DNA of 61,997 nt, filler included, from Globobulimina sp. (Eukaryota), in assembly GCA_003354225.1 (NCBI GenBank). It is 16 parts of 16 records of this genome, joined end to end, with 100 filler letters (N's around TTAATTAATTAA, not from the genome) between each part and the next. Parts side by side here need not be neighbours in the genome. Positions count along the whole stretch, not along the records: positions 46,585 to 50,363 come from PIVH01002107.1; positions 50,464 to 54,242 come from PIVH01002108.1; positions 54,343 to 58,120 come from PIVH01002109.1; positions 58,221 to 61,997 come from PIVH01002110.1; 12 more parts are not named here. One strand, written 5' to 3'. Of the stretch, positions 48,232 to 61,997 are shown in pieces. The notes under the pieces are model-generated. The model had not been told where the DNA came from. It did not search any database and saw only the letters and a list, made by a program, of their open reading frames with translations. Position 1 is the first letter of the stretch, and each line of letters starts with the position of its first letter. The translations under genes and the position numbers were made by a program.

Positions 48232-50363
48232 ATGGACAAAGCAGAAGCTCGAAAAGTTCGCAAGAATGTAGGTAGATGTTTACAACTGGAAGGAAATGAC
48301 AAATGTGCAGATTGTGCAGAAAACATTGCTGTAAACACAGGGTTCGCCTCCATCTCATTTGGCGTGACATTGTGCGTAAAGTGTGCCGAGGTACATCGAA
48401 AGATTGACGGCAACCAAGTACGTTCATTCAGTTCCGACTCATCCGCCTGGTCCACTTCCTCCAATGTGGAATTTTTACGTAAAATGGGTGGCAATATAAA
48501 AGCAAATAAAAACGTGTGGGAACATTGTTTACCGACTTTTTATATCAACCCAAAATATGACAAATTTGCGGACTCCAAGAAAATCGACACTTTACGTTCA
48601 TTATTCATCCGTAACAAATATGAGAAACAAGTCTTCACTGCGCATACCAACAAAAATCTTGGCCAACGAAAATTGCACATAAAGAAGATGCCCATCGATG
48701 TGCGCCAACATTTATTATTTTTTTGGGACTCAGAGACCAAATTATTCAGCAAAAAAGCAGATTATTTAGTGATTCACGGTCAATTCATCTCAAGATACAC
48801 CTCCTCAAAAATCAAGAAAAATAAATGTACAGACACAGAGACTTACGATTTATTAAAATTAAAAGTTGTGATCAATGATGGCATCGATGCGGATGTCGGC
48901 GATTTAGAGAGTGATGAATTTTTATTCATGTTATACGAGGATAATACATATATTCCCGCCAATGTGTACAAGATGGGCGGGGCCAAACGAGTGGGCATTC
49001 AGCGCCAAGAAAATGAGATCATTCGTATCAAATTTCGTGGCGATTTTAATACGTTTCTCAAAATAATCCACGACATTCGAGCTACGATTAATTATTATCG
49101 AATGTATGAACAGTTAATCAATATTTATAACCAACAGGATGAGCCCTTAATTATTATGAATTATGACTTGCAGAAAGCGACTTTCTTGGGCATCGGGAAG
49201 GTATTTAACAGCTCAAAATGTTATTTTTTTGTCATTAATGATACGTTGTATGGCTTGGCAACGAAAAAAGATCCACGTACAATGTTTAGCAGTGACGACA
49301 AATGTGCTCATTTAAACGCAAAATACGGTTGGAATTTAAATAAATTTAATATTTTATTAGACGATAATGGCAAACGTAGTGGCTCTAAGTATGCCTTGTT
49401 ATTGATATTGAAAAACAAAACAATTTTCATTAAGTATGACAATGGACCGGATGCAGTTAAATTTTATACAAATTTGCAGAAATTGTGTATCAATTCGAAA
49501 GGGAGATATTTAGTGAATTTTACGTCAACGCCACCCACGATCTGCGGCGAGGAGAATGAGGAAAAAAAAGAAGCCGACAAACCAAAAAAGAAAGGTATTG
49601 GCGCCAAGCAGCGAGAAAAAATCACCTCTTTGCGTAAGAATTCGCATCACAAGAAATGCCCCACACAGATATTGGAAATCATATCACGGATACAAATCGA
49701 TGAGGAAATGAATGGGCCGGTCATCTATGACGATGAGGCTACGGAGGAAGAGGAGAGTGAAAAGGCAGAATATGTGTACGAGTATGAACAGCCTCAAAAT
49801 TCTATTGATCTCATGTCACTTCCACCCGATCCATCCGCTATGCTTGTCGTGCCTGATGAGTATGCACCAGCGCCACCGCCAGGTTTACTTTTTTATCCTT
49901 GCACATTATATATATATATACTATATAATATCTATAATAATACAGTTGGTCCTCCCGGGCCACCACCACTGCCGCTACAGTCGCCAACATCGCCATCTAT
50001 GCATATACCACCGCCACATCCACCGCTATCACCTCCGAAAGTACCTAAACCGCCCCAACAAGCACCAGCATCTCCACCCAAACCGCCGATATCACCGCCA
50101 ATGTCACCTCCAAAACCGCCGGCTGTATCTATGACAGAATTGCAACAGAAATTGAAGCAAGAACAGGCTCGAAAACGTGCAGATTACGAAAAGGAACGAC
50201 AGCGGCAAGGAGAGGAAGAACGGGAGAAAGCCCGTAAAGAAAAAGAAGCATTTGAGTTAGAAAAAGCCATTGCTGAGGAAGAAAAGATGAGAATATTGCG
50301 AGAATTGGCAGCTACCAAAGCGAAGATGGCCGAAGAAGAACGAAAACGGAAAGAATTAGAACA
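48232..50363 (+). CDS. ArfGAP + putative PH domains + Pro-rich + coiled coil (3' partial)
   Basis: GNDKCADC...ASISFGVTLC.KCA.VHR, GGN..AN..WE, FIRNKYE. Probable in-frame intron at ~49883-49945. Confidence 0.85.
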
Positions 50364-50463
50364 NNNNNNNNNNNNNNNNNNNNNNNNNNNNNNNNNNNNN
50401 NNNNNNNTTAATTAATTAANNNNNNNNNNNNNNNNNNNNNNNNNNNNNNNNNNNNNNNNNNNN

Positions 50464-51549
50464 ATTAGATTTGGTGGATATGATTTAGAGACAAGGGAAT
50501 GTGTGGATAGATTTGTTATTAGTACGCAAATTAGAAATGAATGTAAATGGACAGAAATACTAAATTATAAATTACCAAAACCAATGTCGGAATTTGGCTA
50601 TATATTATATAGAAATTATATTCTCATATTTGGTGGAAAAACCACTAGATTCAATGTTTTAGATACAATTTATTTGTTAGATTTGAATAATAGAAATAAT
50701 AAATGGATTAAATTAAATCATATTAAATGTCCATTAAAGAGTCGTTATTATGCTGCATTGGACTCAAATAATAATAATATTCATCTTGTTACTCAGAATG
50801 ATGATTATAAAAGACATTATGCAGTTGGAATATTGGATGTTTTCGGAGATTTATATGTTAGAAACAATAATATATTGAAACAATGCACATATATTGAAAC
50901 AATTACATTTAAATGCAGTCGATGTAAAATGGTATTTTATTGCAATGCAAAATGTCAATCAGTGCATTGGGAAAAACATAAAAGAAAATGTAAAACATTT
51001 AAAACTAATAAACAAGAAATGGAAAATAAAAATAATGAAAATAAAGTTACTAAACAATTACAACTATTAAAGAAAGACAAATCAGATTTAGAACGTAAAT
51101 ATAATGCAATAAATAAATTATTATCAAAAAAAGAGATCGAAAATAATGATTTACGGCAATCAAATAAACGAATGCAACAAAGATATAACTCATTGGATGA
51201 ACAATATAAAAAATTGGAAATAAAATATAATAATTTAGAAACAAAATATGTTCAACAACAAAAGAAATATGGATTTGAGTCATGGATAACAAAGGATGTG
51301 GTGAATTGGATTGTTAATATTGATAAATTGCGATATAATAAATATGAAAAAATGTTATTAAAAAATATGAGACAAGAAGGAATTGACGGATTATGTTTAC
51401 CGGATTTGGATAAAAATGATTTACTTCGATATGGGATTACGCAGTTTAAAGATCGAATTCATATTTATAATAATATTCAAAAATTAGTTCAAAAAAATGA
51501 AATTTATGATAATGATCAAAATGAAGGACAATCTGCCACATATCTCTGA
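50464..51549 (+). CDS. Kelch + MYND finger + coiled-coil + SAM protein (5' partial)
   Basis: YILIFGG..DTIYLLD..W (Kelch), KCSRCKMVFYC..KCQ..HW..HKRKC (MYND), W...DVVNWI..GIDG.CL..LD..DL.RYGI (SAM). Confidence 0.85.
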   Translation: MRFGGYDLETRECVDRFVISTQIRNECKWTEILNYKLPKPMSEFGYILYRNYILIFGGKTTRFNVLDTIYLLDLNNRNNKWIKLNHIKCPLKSRYYAALDSNNNNIHLVTQNDDYKRHYAVGILDVFGDLYVRNNNILKQCTYIETITFKCSRCKMVFYCNAKCQSVHWEKHKRKCKTFKTNKQEMENKNNENKVTKQLQLLKKDKSDLERKYNAINKLLSKKEIENNDLRQSNKRMQQRYNSLDEQYKKLEIKYNNLETKYVQQQKKYGFESWITKDVVNWIVNIDKLRYNKYEKMLLKNMRQEGIDGLCLPDLDKNDLLRYGITQFKDRIHIYNNIQKLVQKNEIYDNDQNEGQSATYL

Positions 51550-51676
51550 TTCTAATTAACCTCAAAAATTGATTTACAACAGAAGATCAAACATTTCTTC
51601 AAAATGAATATTTTCTATTGTATTTTTTATTTAATTCAAACATATTTCTATTTCAAACAAAAACTTGGAAGAAATA

Positions 51677-52917
51677 ATGATGGCAGTGTTACTTGCTTTT
51701 TTATCTGTTTTGTGCGTGACCTTATCGCAGCCAGTAATAATGTCATTAAATGTATTGAATAAAGAAATGTATCCAACTGCTTTATGTAATGATGGTACCA
51801 CAGCGGGATATTATTATTCTTTATCACCTTCAGAATCAAAATATTGGCTCGTCCATCTCGAAGATATGGTATTACCATACATTTAATATTATAATAATAC
51901 AACAATACCAACACATGATAGGAGGTTATTGCAGGCTGTGAGCAAAGAAACCTATCTTCACCGAATTTAATGTCAAACAGATATTCGTAACCAACATTAC
52001 CGAAAAGTGGTATTTTTGATGCAAATGCAACATTAAACCCAGTATTATATGATGCAAATAAAATTTTTATCCCATATTGTTCAAGTGATGCTCATATGGG
52101 ATATAGATTTAACTCGCCGCAAACTGGAAATTGGACGTTTATGGGACAAGAAATTGTACGTTCGGTCTTATCAGATATAAATAAAAAATATAATTTCGGT
52201 CAAACTAAAACGGATACACTAGTTTTTGGAGGATGCAGTGCCGGCGGCCGAGGAGCTATGGTCAACTTAGATTATTTGCCATCAATCTTATCCAATTTAA
52301 ATATTACAGATATTTCTCCTAAAAATATAGTGGGTGTTTTAGACTCTCCTCTATGGATTGATATATTACCATACAATGATTCAATTGTGGCTCTATCCAC
52401 TCAGACACAAAATGTCTACACATTTGCAAATGTATCCGGCAGAGTAAATGGTTGTAAATGTGGTGAAGTATACAATGATAAAAACAATGATGGTTGGAAA
52501 TGTTTATTTGGACAATATAAGTTACCATTATTGGAATTGCCGCATGTTATAAATGCAGCGCAATATGATGCATGGCAGTTAGGTTGGGATGAAGATAACA
52601 TTCAGCCATGGACATATAATGCAAAACAAGCACAATATGCTGATAATCCGTTTAGATCAACAATGAGAGAAGTTGTGTTAGCAAATATTACATCAAATAT
52701 ATTATCTTCAAGTTGCTTCCATCATTGTGTTACAGAAGAAATGGAGTATTGGAATATTACAATTTATGACGAAAAACAATCGTTTTCAAGTGTTGTTGAA
52801 ACGTTTATTACAAATTATAACAATGATAATAATATTACTGTTAACAAATGGCTTGGAAATTGTACCAATGGTATTGACTGTGGACAAGGTTGTAACCCGG
52901 AAGATATTCCGTATTAA
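51677..52917 (+). pseudogene. Pectin acetylesterase/Notum-family hydrolase, apparently disabled
   Basis: Signal peptide, ALCNDGT.AGYY, IPYCSSD.HMG, GCSAGG.GA. In-frame TAA at 51988-51990 and a disrupted LEGG..C region (51860-51935). Confidence 0.78.
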
Positions 52918-52994
52918 GCACAGACAAAACGATATAAATAATGCCAAAATACAAATATACATTAAATATTAATGCTAAAATGTTATATTTGTTT

Positions 52995-54165
52995 TCAGTT
53001 AGCACCGCTAGAACTGACTTCTTCAAACTCTGTAATAAATCCCATAACACCAAAAATAACACCGATTCCTAACATAACAGACAGCAACACTTTGGCCAAC
53101 ATTGATGTTTGATGATACATTGGCTTATCAACACCAACAGTATCGATATCTTGTTTATCATCGGTTGAGATTGTATGATAATTAATTGACTGATTTGATG
53201 TGATTTGTTGTTTTCCGTGTTGTGTAAAACCAATTTTCCATGAAGCAGCAATCGGAAATAAGGAAATTAAGCCAATTGTGGAAACAGCGCCATTTACAGA
53301 TACAACGGGTCCTATGGTTGGTATAACACACGACAATATTAAATATACAACTTGTGTTAATAAAATAATGACAACCCTTAACCATGGTTTCTTATCATAG
53401 TTCCATTCCATATTTCTTTCTTTATGAAAGAATTTATCCTCCAACGTTGCCTGACATGCAACAAATGCCAATGGATATGTACCGCAAACACTGAATGTCA
53501 TTGCAAATCGTGCAATAACTACATCAACATCGCCAACAAATGCGATTAAAACATCACTGGGACACTGCGAACCATATAACAGATAGCCACATATAGCAAA
53601 TATCAAATATACCAGACACACACAGCAATATGACACACCGTTTGCAATCCACATTCGTCGAATGCTTCTATCCTTTAAATCTAAATATACTCTTTGCACT
53701 GAATAATGACAAACATAGGCCTGGGTGCACACATTGGTCATAATAAAAAAACCAATATTCCAATCCATATATTCGAACGTTGAAGTTGATGAATATGCGC
53801 TGCCTAAAACAAATAATGGCTCATTAACATGAATGATAGCAGTCACAATTAGTAATACGAGGCAATATGCAATAGCTACAATGCCAATAAATGATGAGAA
53901 TCGCAATGATGATAAATCCTTTAATAAGACCAGTGGGGTTAATATAACCGCTGCAAATAGAATAATAATAATTTGTCTTTGTGCTGGCAATGCGTCAGAT
54001 TTTACACCAAGTTGTTGTAGTGCATCGTTGACAAAATCACCAATCAGTATTAAATAACCAACCAATGAACCTGATACTACATATAATAAGCAAATTGCTC
54101 CAAGATACTCCCAAACGGGTCCCACTAGCCTTAATACAGCCGAGTATTCAAATGTTTGTGCTGCA
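52995..54165 (-). CDS. Amino-acid transporter, AAAP/SLC38 family (5' partial)
   Basis: About 9 TM helices; GSLVGYLILIGD, PL.LLKDLSSLRFSS, AYVCH, GYL.YG. Confidence 0.9.
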
Positions 54166-54342
54166 TATTAGTGATATATAAAAGATAAACATAAACATAA
54201 AAAAAAAAAAAAAAAAAAACATATATCAACAAAAAAAAAAAANNNNNNNNNNNNNNNNNNNNNNNNNNNNNNNNNNNNNNNNNNNNTTAATTAATTAANN
54301 NNNNNNNNNNNNNNNNNNNNNNNNNNNNNNNNNNNNNNNNNN

Positions 54343-56272
54343 TAAAGACATTGCATTTATTATATTTATTGTTAATATTTCTATTCATTTCACAGCTACA
54401 ATATTTAGATAATGATATTGAAATTTATGAACAGTTTTTATGGACTTTGAATATTGGTTATATATTATATGAATGTATTGAAGCATATGATAAAGGGATA
54501 CGAGGTTATTTAAGTCTCGCTGGATGGATAAATTGGTGGGATATTCAAATTTGTATTACTTGGATTATATTGTTCTCAATCCGCATGGTGTCGATTTCAA
54601 CCAATTATAATATAACTCATCAAGACCTCATATTTGAGATATATATGATGCTATGGGCCATGCAAACTGCCTCATTATCTGCCAGAGCATTAGTTTTGTT
54701 TCAAACCAGCGAATATTTTGGTGTCTTATTGCGAATGTTATTGCGATTAATGGCTGAAATGCTGAAATTTATGTTTGTTTTGGGCTTATTATTAGTTGGC
54801 TTTGTCTTTGGTTTGTATTACATTCAAGGCGGATATATATATCAAGAGGAAGCAATGGATCATAATTTGGGTGATTGGTACGCCGGATTTAAATATTTAT
54901 TCCAATTGACGGTCGGTGCGGGCGATTTTAGTGAACTCGAAGACATTGCCAATGAAGTGACTGCGCAAATATTTGTCATTGGATATTTAATACTTGCCGC
55001 GATTTTGATGATGAACTTGTGTTTAGTTTCTATAATATCTTTTATTTTGTTATTTGGGATACTGATTTACTAACCTTTGCGATGGAATATTTAGTAATTG
55101 CATTATTAACAACCACATATGAAACGATTCATATGTCAGCAAAAACAGCGTCATCCTTTGCATTCGCTGAATCAACCTATGATTTGTCGCATCGTTCGAG
55201 GTTTATGCCAGCGCCAATATGCATATATATATTTGCCATTAGTATGCTGATACACATTTTGAATTTTATACCGGCCATAATCCATCCAAAATATCTAAAT
55301 ATTTATAATTGTATTACTCATCATCAATACGAGGGGTTTGATGCATGGCGAATGACATATAATGGATGTTTAAATTGTAAGAAGATATATGTTAATTGTT
55401 GTTTAGCTCCGGCAAATTGTAAAAAAAAATGGGTTTCCAAACAAGATACACTAAAAAGATTAAAATATGCACCAAATAATAGCCAATTATTAGGTGAATT
55501 GCATGACAGAGAAGAACGCAAAAAAAGTGAAAGATTTTTTCTGTGCTGCAATTGTAAATGCTGCAAATGCTGTTACTGTAATTCAATCGAATTGGAAGTG
55601 CAACAAAATGATAATTGTAAAAATAACAATAAAAATAAAGAAAAAACATATGAATTAACAACCCGAGGAAGAGTTTGTAAATACTATTTATCAACGTTTT
55701 GCTGGGGTTGTTTTGAAACGTTTTGCGATGAATATTTAAAATCGCATAGATTTGACATCTATCACACGGGCTGCTATTCGTGCATACCAACGTCATTAGG
55801 CGCAAAGGAGAAGATAAAGGATAGATCCTTAGTGAATGGAATAAGTCTGAACCAATATGCTGAATTATATGAAAAGTATCATCAGTTTAATTTGGATCAG
55901 GCAGATATTGTGCTATTAAAACATTTGACTGTCGATTCATTGTTTTGTAAAATTTGTTATCGGCCCTTTGATCCAAAAGCATTAAATCAAGTGCTATTGA
56001 CACCATTTTGGGCACTCTCTGAAATTATTTCTATTTATGCATTTCCATTGATTTTATGGCTGCCATTATGTTGTATCTATGGGCTGTTCACATTAATTGA
56101 AATGTTACAATCTTGTTTAAATGAGGAAGGAGAGAGAGAAAACGTCGATGATTATGATAGGCAATATTTTGCGAGAGAAGCACTAACTGTACAAAATAAG
56201 TGGAATAAAAAAAATAAAAAAAACCAAAAATATGATTCTGATTCATCCAGCTCTGATGAGTCTGACTCATAA
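54343..56272 (+). CDS. TRP-like cation channel (5' partial), intron 55021-55094
   Basis: WINWWD, YFGVLL.ML..L..EM.KF, pore LFQLTVG.GDF, spliced S6 LMMNLLIALLTTTY, then MPAP. Confidence 0.85.
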
Positions 56273-56577
56273 ATTTGTTTCAACATTGTTTTGGCCATGG
56301 CGTCGCGTATAAATTTTTATATATTGAATATTTCCTTGTTCTGTCCGTTTCGGAACACTTCGGATTCGTAAACATGTAAATATATACAGAAAAGTGCTAC
56401 TTTACTTTTGCCCATTTACTGTCTCTTTGAGAGTCGATATAAATCATAACGTTATTGGGTTGTAAAAGTTACTGTCCATTCAATGAAATGAACATCGCAA
56501 ACCAAAATAAAAGAAAAAATAATTAAATAGAAAAAATAATATTAAATCAACAATATAAGTCACATATTGGATCGGAT

Positions 56578-58120
56578 TCAGTGCTGTTTGTTTAAATGTT
56601 GTACAACATATTTAAAACAACTGATTACTATCAAAATTGCAATAATTAAAAATAATATCAACCATAAATTAGCGAGTGATGATTTACTTAAATTGATATC
56701 AATATGCATCTCTTCATTATTTTCCTGTTCATGTCTCATCAAATCCAAGTTATTATATGCATGATTTGCAAATAGTGCACCACTGCTTTCACTATCACTG
56801 TCAGAATAGTTTCTGCTTAAATTTGAATCATTTTTTGTGTTTTTCATTTTGTGTTCTCAGCATACAAACAAAAAATAGTTAATTACTTAACGAATCGCTA
56901 TCTTCACTTTCTGTCGGATCATTTGTTGGATTATCTGTTGGATTATCTGTTGGATGCATTGTTGGCGATAAACTCACATCACAGTCATCGCCTTCTTCCA
57001 TGCATCTAAACACATTCCATTCCGTATTGACTTGTTTTATGGTACAATTTAAACCTTGTTCCAAGTCACAAATTAAAAGAGGTGCAAACTCAAACGGCGC
57101 GGTCTCAGTCCAACAAGGAATAGCCTCCATACAATCCAATGAAAATCCAAGGAATCCATTATCACTAATTATTATCGAGTTAACTAACTCCAAATTATCT
57201 GTTCCATTATCTATAATAATAACACATTCATCTGCTGCTGAGTCAGTTGGACATATAATATATGCATTGGATAAAACTGATCTACCCATCGCATTTAAAA
57301 TTAATTTATTACTGTTTGTTGCATTAATCATTATATCCTGACAAGTACCTCGGTCACTGTTACAATCACTACATTGACACATAATGTTGCAATCTGCGTT
57401 ACGCGGACAAAATATTGCTGTCGGCAATGAAACTAAACCAGCCACCAATGTGTGTGAACCAGTCGCAAGCAAATTTAAATCACCATTGTCACCACCAACA
57501 AACTGTGCGCTGCGGGAATACGCATTGTAATATTATAATATATGAAATATATACATATATATATACCTGACACACGATTGCTCGCCATTACAATTTATAT
57601 TACATTCAGCATTTGAACCGCAATTAACTGTGCCTGCTCTAAATGCGCCCGTATGCAAAAAACCGACTCTTGGACTTGGCAATGTTACTGCTTCTACGTT
57701 AATTTCCGTATTTGTATTTCCATTAATTGTGACACCTTCGCAAGCTTGAGCACCAACACAAGTTACATCACATATCGATGAACTGCCACAATTAACTGTA
57801 CCATCCTTAAAAATCTCATTGGTAGCAAACGTAAAATTGTATTCTGTCGTGGCTTTGACATATAAATCGCCGTTTGAAGCTCCATTAATTACTACATTTT
57901 GGCAAATACGGCCGCCGCTTGAACCTGTTGCTCCATTCCATCCATCGTTATCACAAAAAAATGTGCAGACGAAACCCTGTGGACAATTAAATATTGCATT
58001 TCTGCAAATTTTGCTTGTTAATGCAGTGCCGTTACAAAATCTATAATTATTAATATGATATATATTGAATTGACACATGATATTGATATATTAGTATTAC
58101 ATAACATAGTACATGCTTCT
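56578..58120 (-). CDS. Cys-rich type-I surface protein with PT repeats (5' partial, several introns)
   Basis: Repeats C....C.I.C.G..(A/S)C....I, PTDNPTDNPT, C-terminal TM LWLILFLIIAILIVISC. Confidence 0.7.
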
Positions 58121-58355
58121 NNNNNNNNNNNNNNNNNNNNNNNNNNNNNNNNNNNNNNNNNNNNTTAATTAATTAANNNNNNNNNNNNNNNNNNNNNNNN
58201 NNNNNNNNNNNNNNNNNNNNTATTGGTAGCCAACAAACTGAATATCATTTTTTTTTTTAATTCCGATAATAAAAATATAGATATCGACTAAAAACACCTT
58301 TAAATTGTCGGATTTATTCTCGCTGTTTTTTAATAATCCTAACTTAACCTATTTA

Positions 58356-60013
58356 ATGGCACATCCAAGCCCAGATCAAGAGCAGACACTCTGTCAGATG
58401 GCCATAGCCGATGTGACACAAAAACTACCCATACAATTCCCACAATATCCAGATATTCCATTGAAATTCAAAACAATTTGTGATGAAGAAGCATTTGATG
58501 AAATTGATGGCCTTCTTGACGACGTCGCAGAAGGATTTAAAGAGTCTGTAATTTTGGAAGGTATTATGGACGATATACAGATCAAAGACGAGGATAAAGA
58601 ACCTCTATGCACTGCCATACATACTTTATTGTCTAATTTCGAGCCATCATTAACATTAAATCTCGGTATATATATTCCTCTCCACAAAGCATCAATATAT
58701 GTATTATCAACCTATAATCATAAATATTTCTGACAGTTGAGCTAGAAACAAAAGTGGATAAAAACGAGATAGAATCAATGGTGCAACTCGTTGAAGAACA
58801 AGCGACATTTTTCAAACCTAAAGGGAAAAAAGATTATGATTTATTAAAAGTATTAGTTATTGGACATAGGAACAATTTCCCGCTGTTAACATATTTGCTT
58901 GATACACATTCTCGTTGTCGTTTATTAGAATATGATAATTTATATAAGCAATACGCTGAAATTCAAGGAATTAAAAAGCGACAGAAATTTATCACCGGTC
59001 CATCCTTTGGGAGCATTGAAAATCGTTATAACATGCATCAATTTGTGAGAATTTGCACGGGTTTGAAAAATATTAAATCACCCGAAGTATTAGAAATGTT
59101 TGAATCAAGTTTGCACTCTGCACTTCGTAGAGCTCCGTCATCAAACCCTCTGCCAATGTCACCTCAACAATTGATGCTATTTAAAATAAATGATTCCATT
59201 GCAGCATATGCTACATATTATATATCGATATTAAGTGCGGTCCATAAAATATTGAAAGATCCCAATACAAAATTACCGCAACAAATTGATTTTTGGGTGA
59301 TACCAAAAGCTATTCTGGACTCAGTTGACGATGATGATGAAAAATCTGACGATGATGAAAAAGATGAAAATCAACACGTACAGATTAATAATTTAGAACA
59401 ACGGTTAAAATTTGCTGATAATTTGGCGCAGAAAACTGTGGTGGAAAAGGAAGTGGGTGGATTATCACAAATATTTTTTGACGTACTGGGAAAGGTTGTG
59501 AGTGGAAAAAGATCGAAGCGAAGTGTGATGATAGTGGACAGGCGAGGGAATGATGAAAGTGGTGATGATTTATATGCGTTTCTTCCAAGGAATAGTCAAA
59601 ATATAGCGAGTGGTAAATATTTACACGAAGTTATGTTTAGTTTATCCGGAACAGAAGTATTGCCATCCTCGAATGGGAAGTTACGAAAAGGTGATGCGAT
59701 TCATGTTGGAACTGCGGATGCGGTGAACATGTGCTTGCTGTCAATACATATCCATTCGAATACAATGGTTCAAGCGTATTGGTATTTTAATGGATCGTAT
59801 ACTCGATGGTTTATAAATGATATGGTTAAAATATGGCCATTGTATTTCATTGGAGAAGGTGTTGACGAAAATGGAATGGACATAAAACAAGATGTTAAGC
59901 CAATTGTTGATTTAATTAAGAAAAATGAAGAGAATATGCCTTTAAGAGATGATAATTTTGATGCGTTTTTTGAAATAAATACTAACGTTAACAGTGCTGT
60001 GTATTCTACATAA
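58356..60013 (+). CDS. Hypothetical protein, intron 58666-58736
   Basis: A 71-nt GT-AG intron joins two long ORFs in frame (NLVELETKVD). Confidence 0.7.
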
Positions 60014-60110
60014 ACATTCTCGTAATTTTAATTGTTGTTTTTCGAATTTTAACCTGTTTATATATACATATTGTGTGACAAAATGGTGGCAAATAAATCA
60101 AAGAGTTATC

Positions 60111-61783
60111 TCATCGGCATCTCACGTGCACTTTCTTTAATTGACGAATACAGCAGCAGTTGACGTCAAATATTAAACCTTGCTTTTGTAAGTGCAATTT
60201 CCTAGAATATCTGGTGATTGTGGTGTAAATATGGTCATCACGTTTATCCTTAGTATCAATATTTGATATCCAATGTTTCTTTGTATCAAATTGGAAATAC
60301 AGTAATATTATATCAGCAATATCCTCTAGGAATACATCACAAAGTTGTTCATAAATGACATATTTACATACTTTATCAAATATTGCTTCATCATACAATC
60401 TTAACCGTTGTTCATAATCAATTCCATACACTTCATATTCGTCCACATGAAGAACCATTTTAAATTCACAACAATAGTGATACAACGAATGCGCTGCAAT
60501 CACGTATAACGCCTTTGTCATTTTTACATAAACTTCATAATGCATTCGAATCATAAATATATCCATCAATAAACAAAGGAAAACACTTATTAATATATAT
60601 ATTGTCGCAGAACATTCAAATGATAATATGACACCAACATATACACTATAAAGATAACCGGGCATTATAAACATACTGAGCATGGTAAGCATGACAAAAC
60701 AAGTCACGCATTTGATTATATCTCGGGCGTATCCGGTATTCCGCAGTATCTTTAATGATTTGACTGACAAAAATATTGCATAAAATGATTTGGTCGCAAT
60801 ACAAAATCCAACACTATGTATTACTATACAATGATGAATATTTATCAAATAAGGTTCAATATTGTTGACAATATAAATGAATAACGATACTTCATCCATC
60901 CACTCCTTCATTACGTTAATCTGAGCTTGTCCGCTTGCTGTTGTTTCATCGAAATAACAATAATATTCAGCGTCATTCTGTACGCAGGAGGCAAGTATGC
61001 GATGGTCACAATACAACAAGAATGACATCAGCGATTGTAAGTCATTCGGAGCATAAAAATATACAGACATTTGAGGAATACAAAAAATAAATATCCGTTA
61101 AATAAATAAATAATATGCGCTATAAATCCCAAAAACCATTTCTCATAAATATTATCTGCAATAAAAGTGATTGTCAATCTTAACATTTTCCGAATATACA
61201 ATAAAACATAAAAAATAAAGAAATTTAATTTTTGTCCAGACCAAGATACAAATTGACATTGATTTAAATAATTATACGAGTTCTTTTTATGAATTCGCCC
61301 ACAATTTGAATGAACGTTTTCAATGTGATTTGTTAAACTTATTTGGCACAAAGAAATGTAATCATAGATAAATATTATAAATGAATTGACTGCAAACATC
61401 ATAGCCGGGAGCGCAGCTGCAACGAAAAATTGTTTTTTTGTTGATATGATAAACAGTGTGATAGGAATCAGTACCATCATATTCCAATTAGTAAAATATC
61501 TAACGTTGATGGTGTTTTTTAGATCATTTTTGCGAAAGCATAGATATTGTTTGTTGACAAAAAGTATCCATAATATTGATAATACTGCAATTATAAGGAA
61601 TGTGCGGTTCCATATTATGTTTATGATGCAATATAAAAATACAGCATCATAAATGAAATATTTTAGAATTTTGTAATCATCCTTCATCTCTATTTTGATG
61701 CTTCTCAATGATACTAAAGTTAAAGAAATACCCGCCAATGCAAACGATAGCATCAACAGATAAAGAGTACGAAACACGTTCAT
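60111..61783 (-). CDS. Hypothetical multi-pass membrane protein with a probable 1-nt frameshift near 61080-61090
   Basis: Two overlapping hydrophobic ORFs; adding one T to the T6 run reads GYLFFCIPQMSVYF. Confidence 0.5.
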
Positions 61784-61997
61784 CCAACTTTCTTTAACAC
61801 AAAAACTTCACTAAACTCCGAAAATCCCACAATAATCCATCCTCAACATGTTATACACTCTCACAGTGGTTGCATTTTTGCTATTCACAGCAACGAATGG
61901 TGCTTCATACACTGCAACAATCATTTATCCAATGTTACCAACGCAGAAGTATCTAAATAAAATTAGTGCATTTAACTGCCACTTTGCTTTCGATTCA

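Noticed and set aside
3786-58220. Periodic TTAATTAATTAA motif and gene neighbourhoods spanning N runs
   Set aside because: Artificial linkers. Adjacency across contigs, and ORF ends reading XXX-LIN, carry no biological meaning.

Overview
This is not a contiguous locus. It is 16 unrelated contigs of about 3.78 kb each, joined by artificial 100-nt N linkers carrying TTAATTAATTAA (contigs start at 1, 3886, 7770, 11654, 15537, 19419, 23301, 27182, 31063, 34944, 38825, 42705, 46585, 50464, 54343, 58221). The DNA is AT-rich eukaryotic nuclear sequence with 50-75 nt GT-AG introns and the standard genetic code. A divergent MVREV-type alpha-tubulin and Kelch/MYND/SAM mosaic proteins suggest a foraminiferan (Retaria); this is inference. 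The most notable signal is an 841-bp TA-flanked element with perfect 33-bp TIRs inserted into an exon. Its left TIR contains a consensus GTAAG donor that, with a host AG just past the right end, would splice it out in frame (Introner-like behaviour). Other points of interest: a second TIR element that makes up most of an intron, further MITE/foldback elements, a NOF/MULE-like transposase, an alpha-tubulin with a ~40-aa M-loop insert, a bacterial hybrid-kinase fragment abutting eukaryotic DNA, unusual domain fusions and several lesioned genes. All family calls come from motif recognition by eye; no database search was run.
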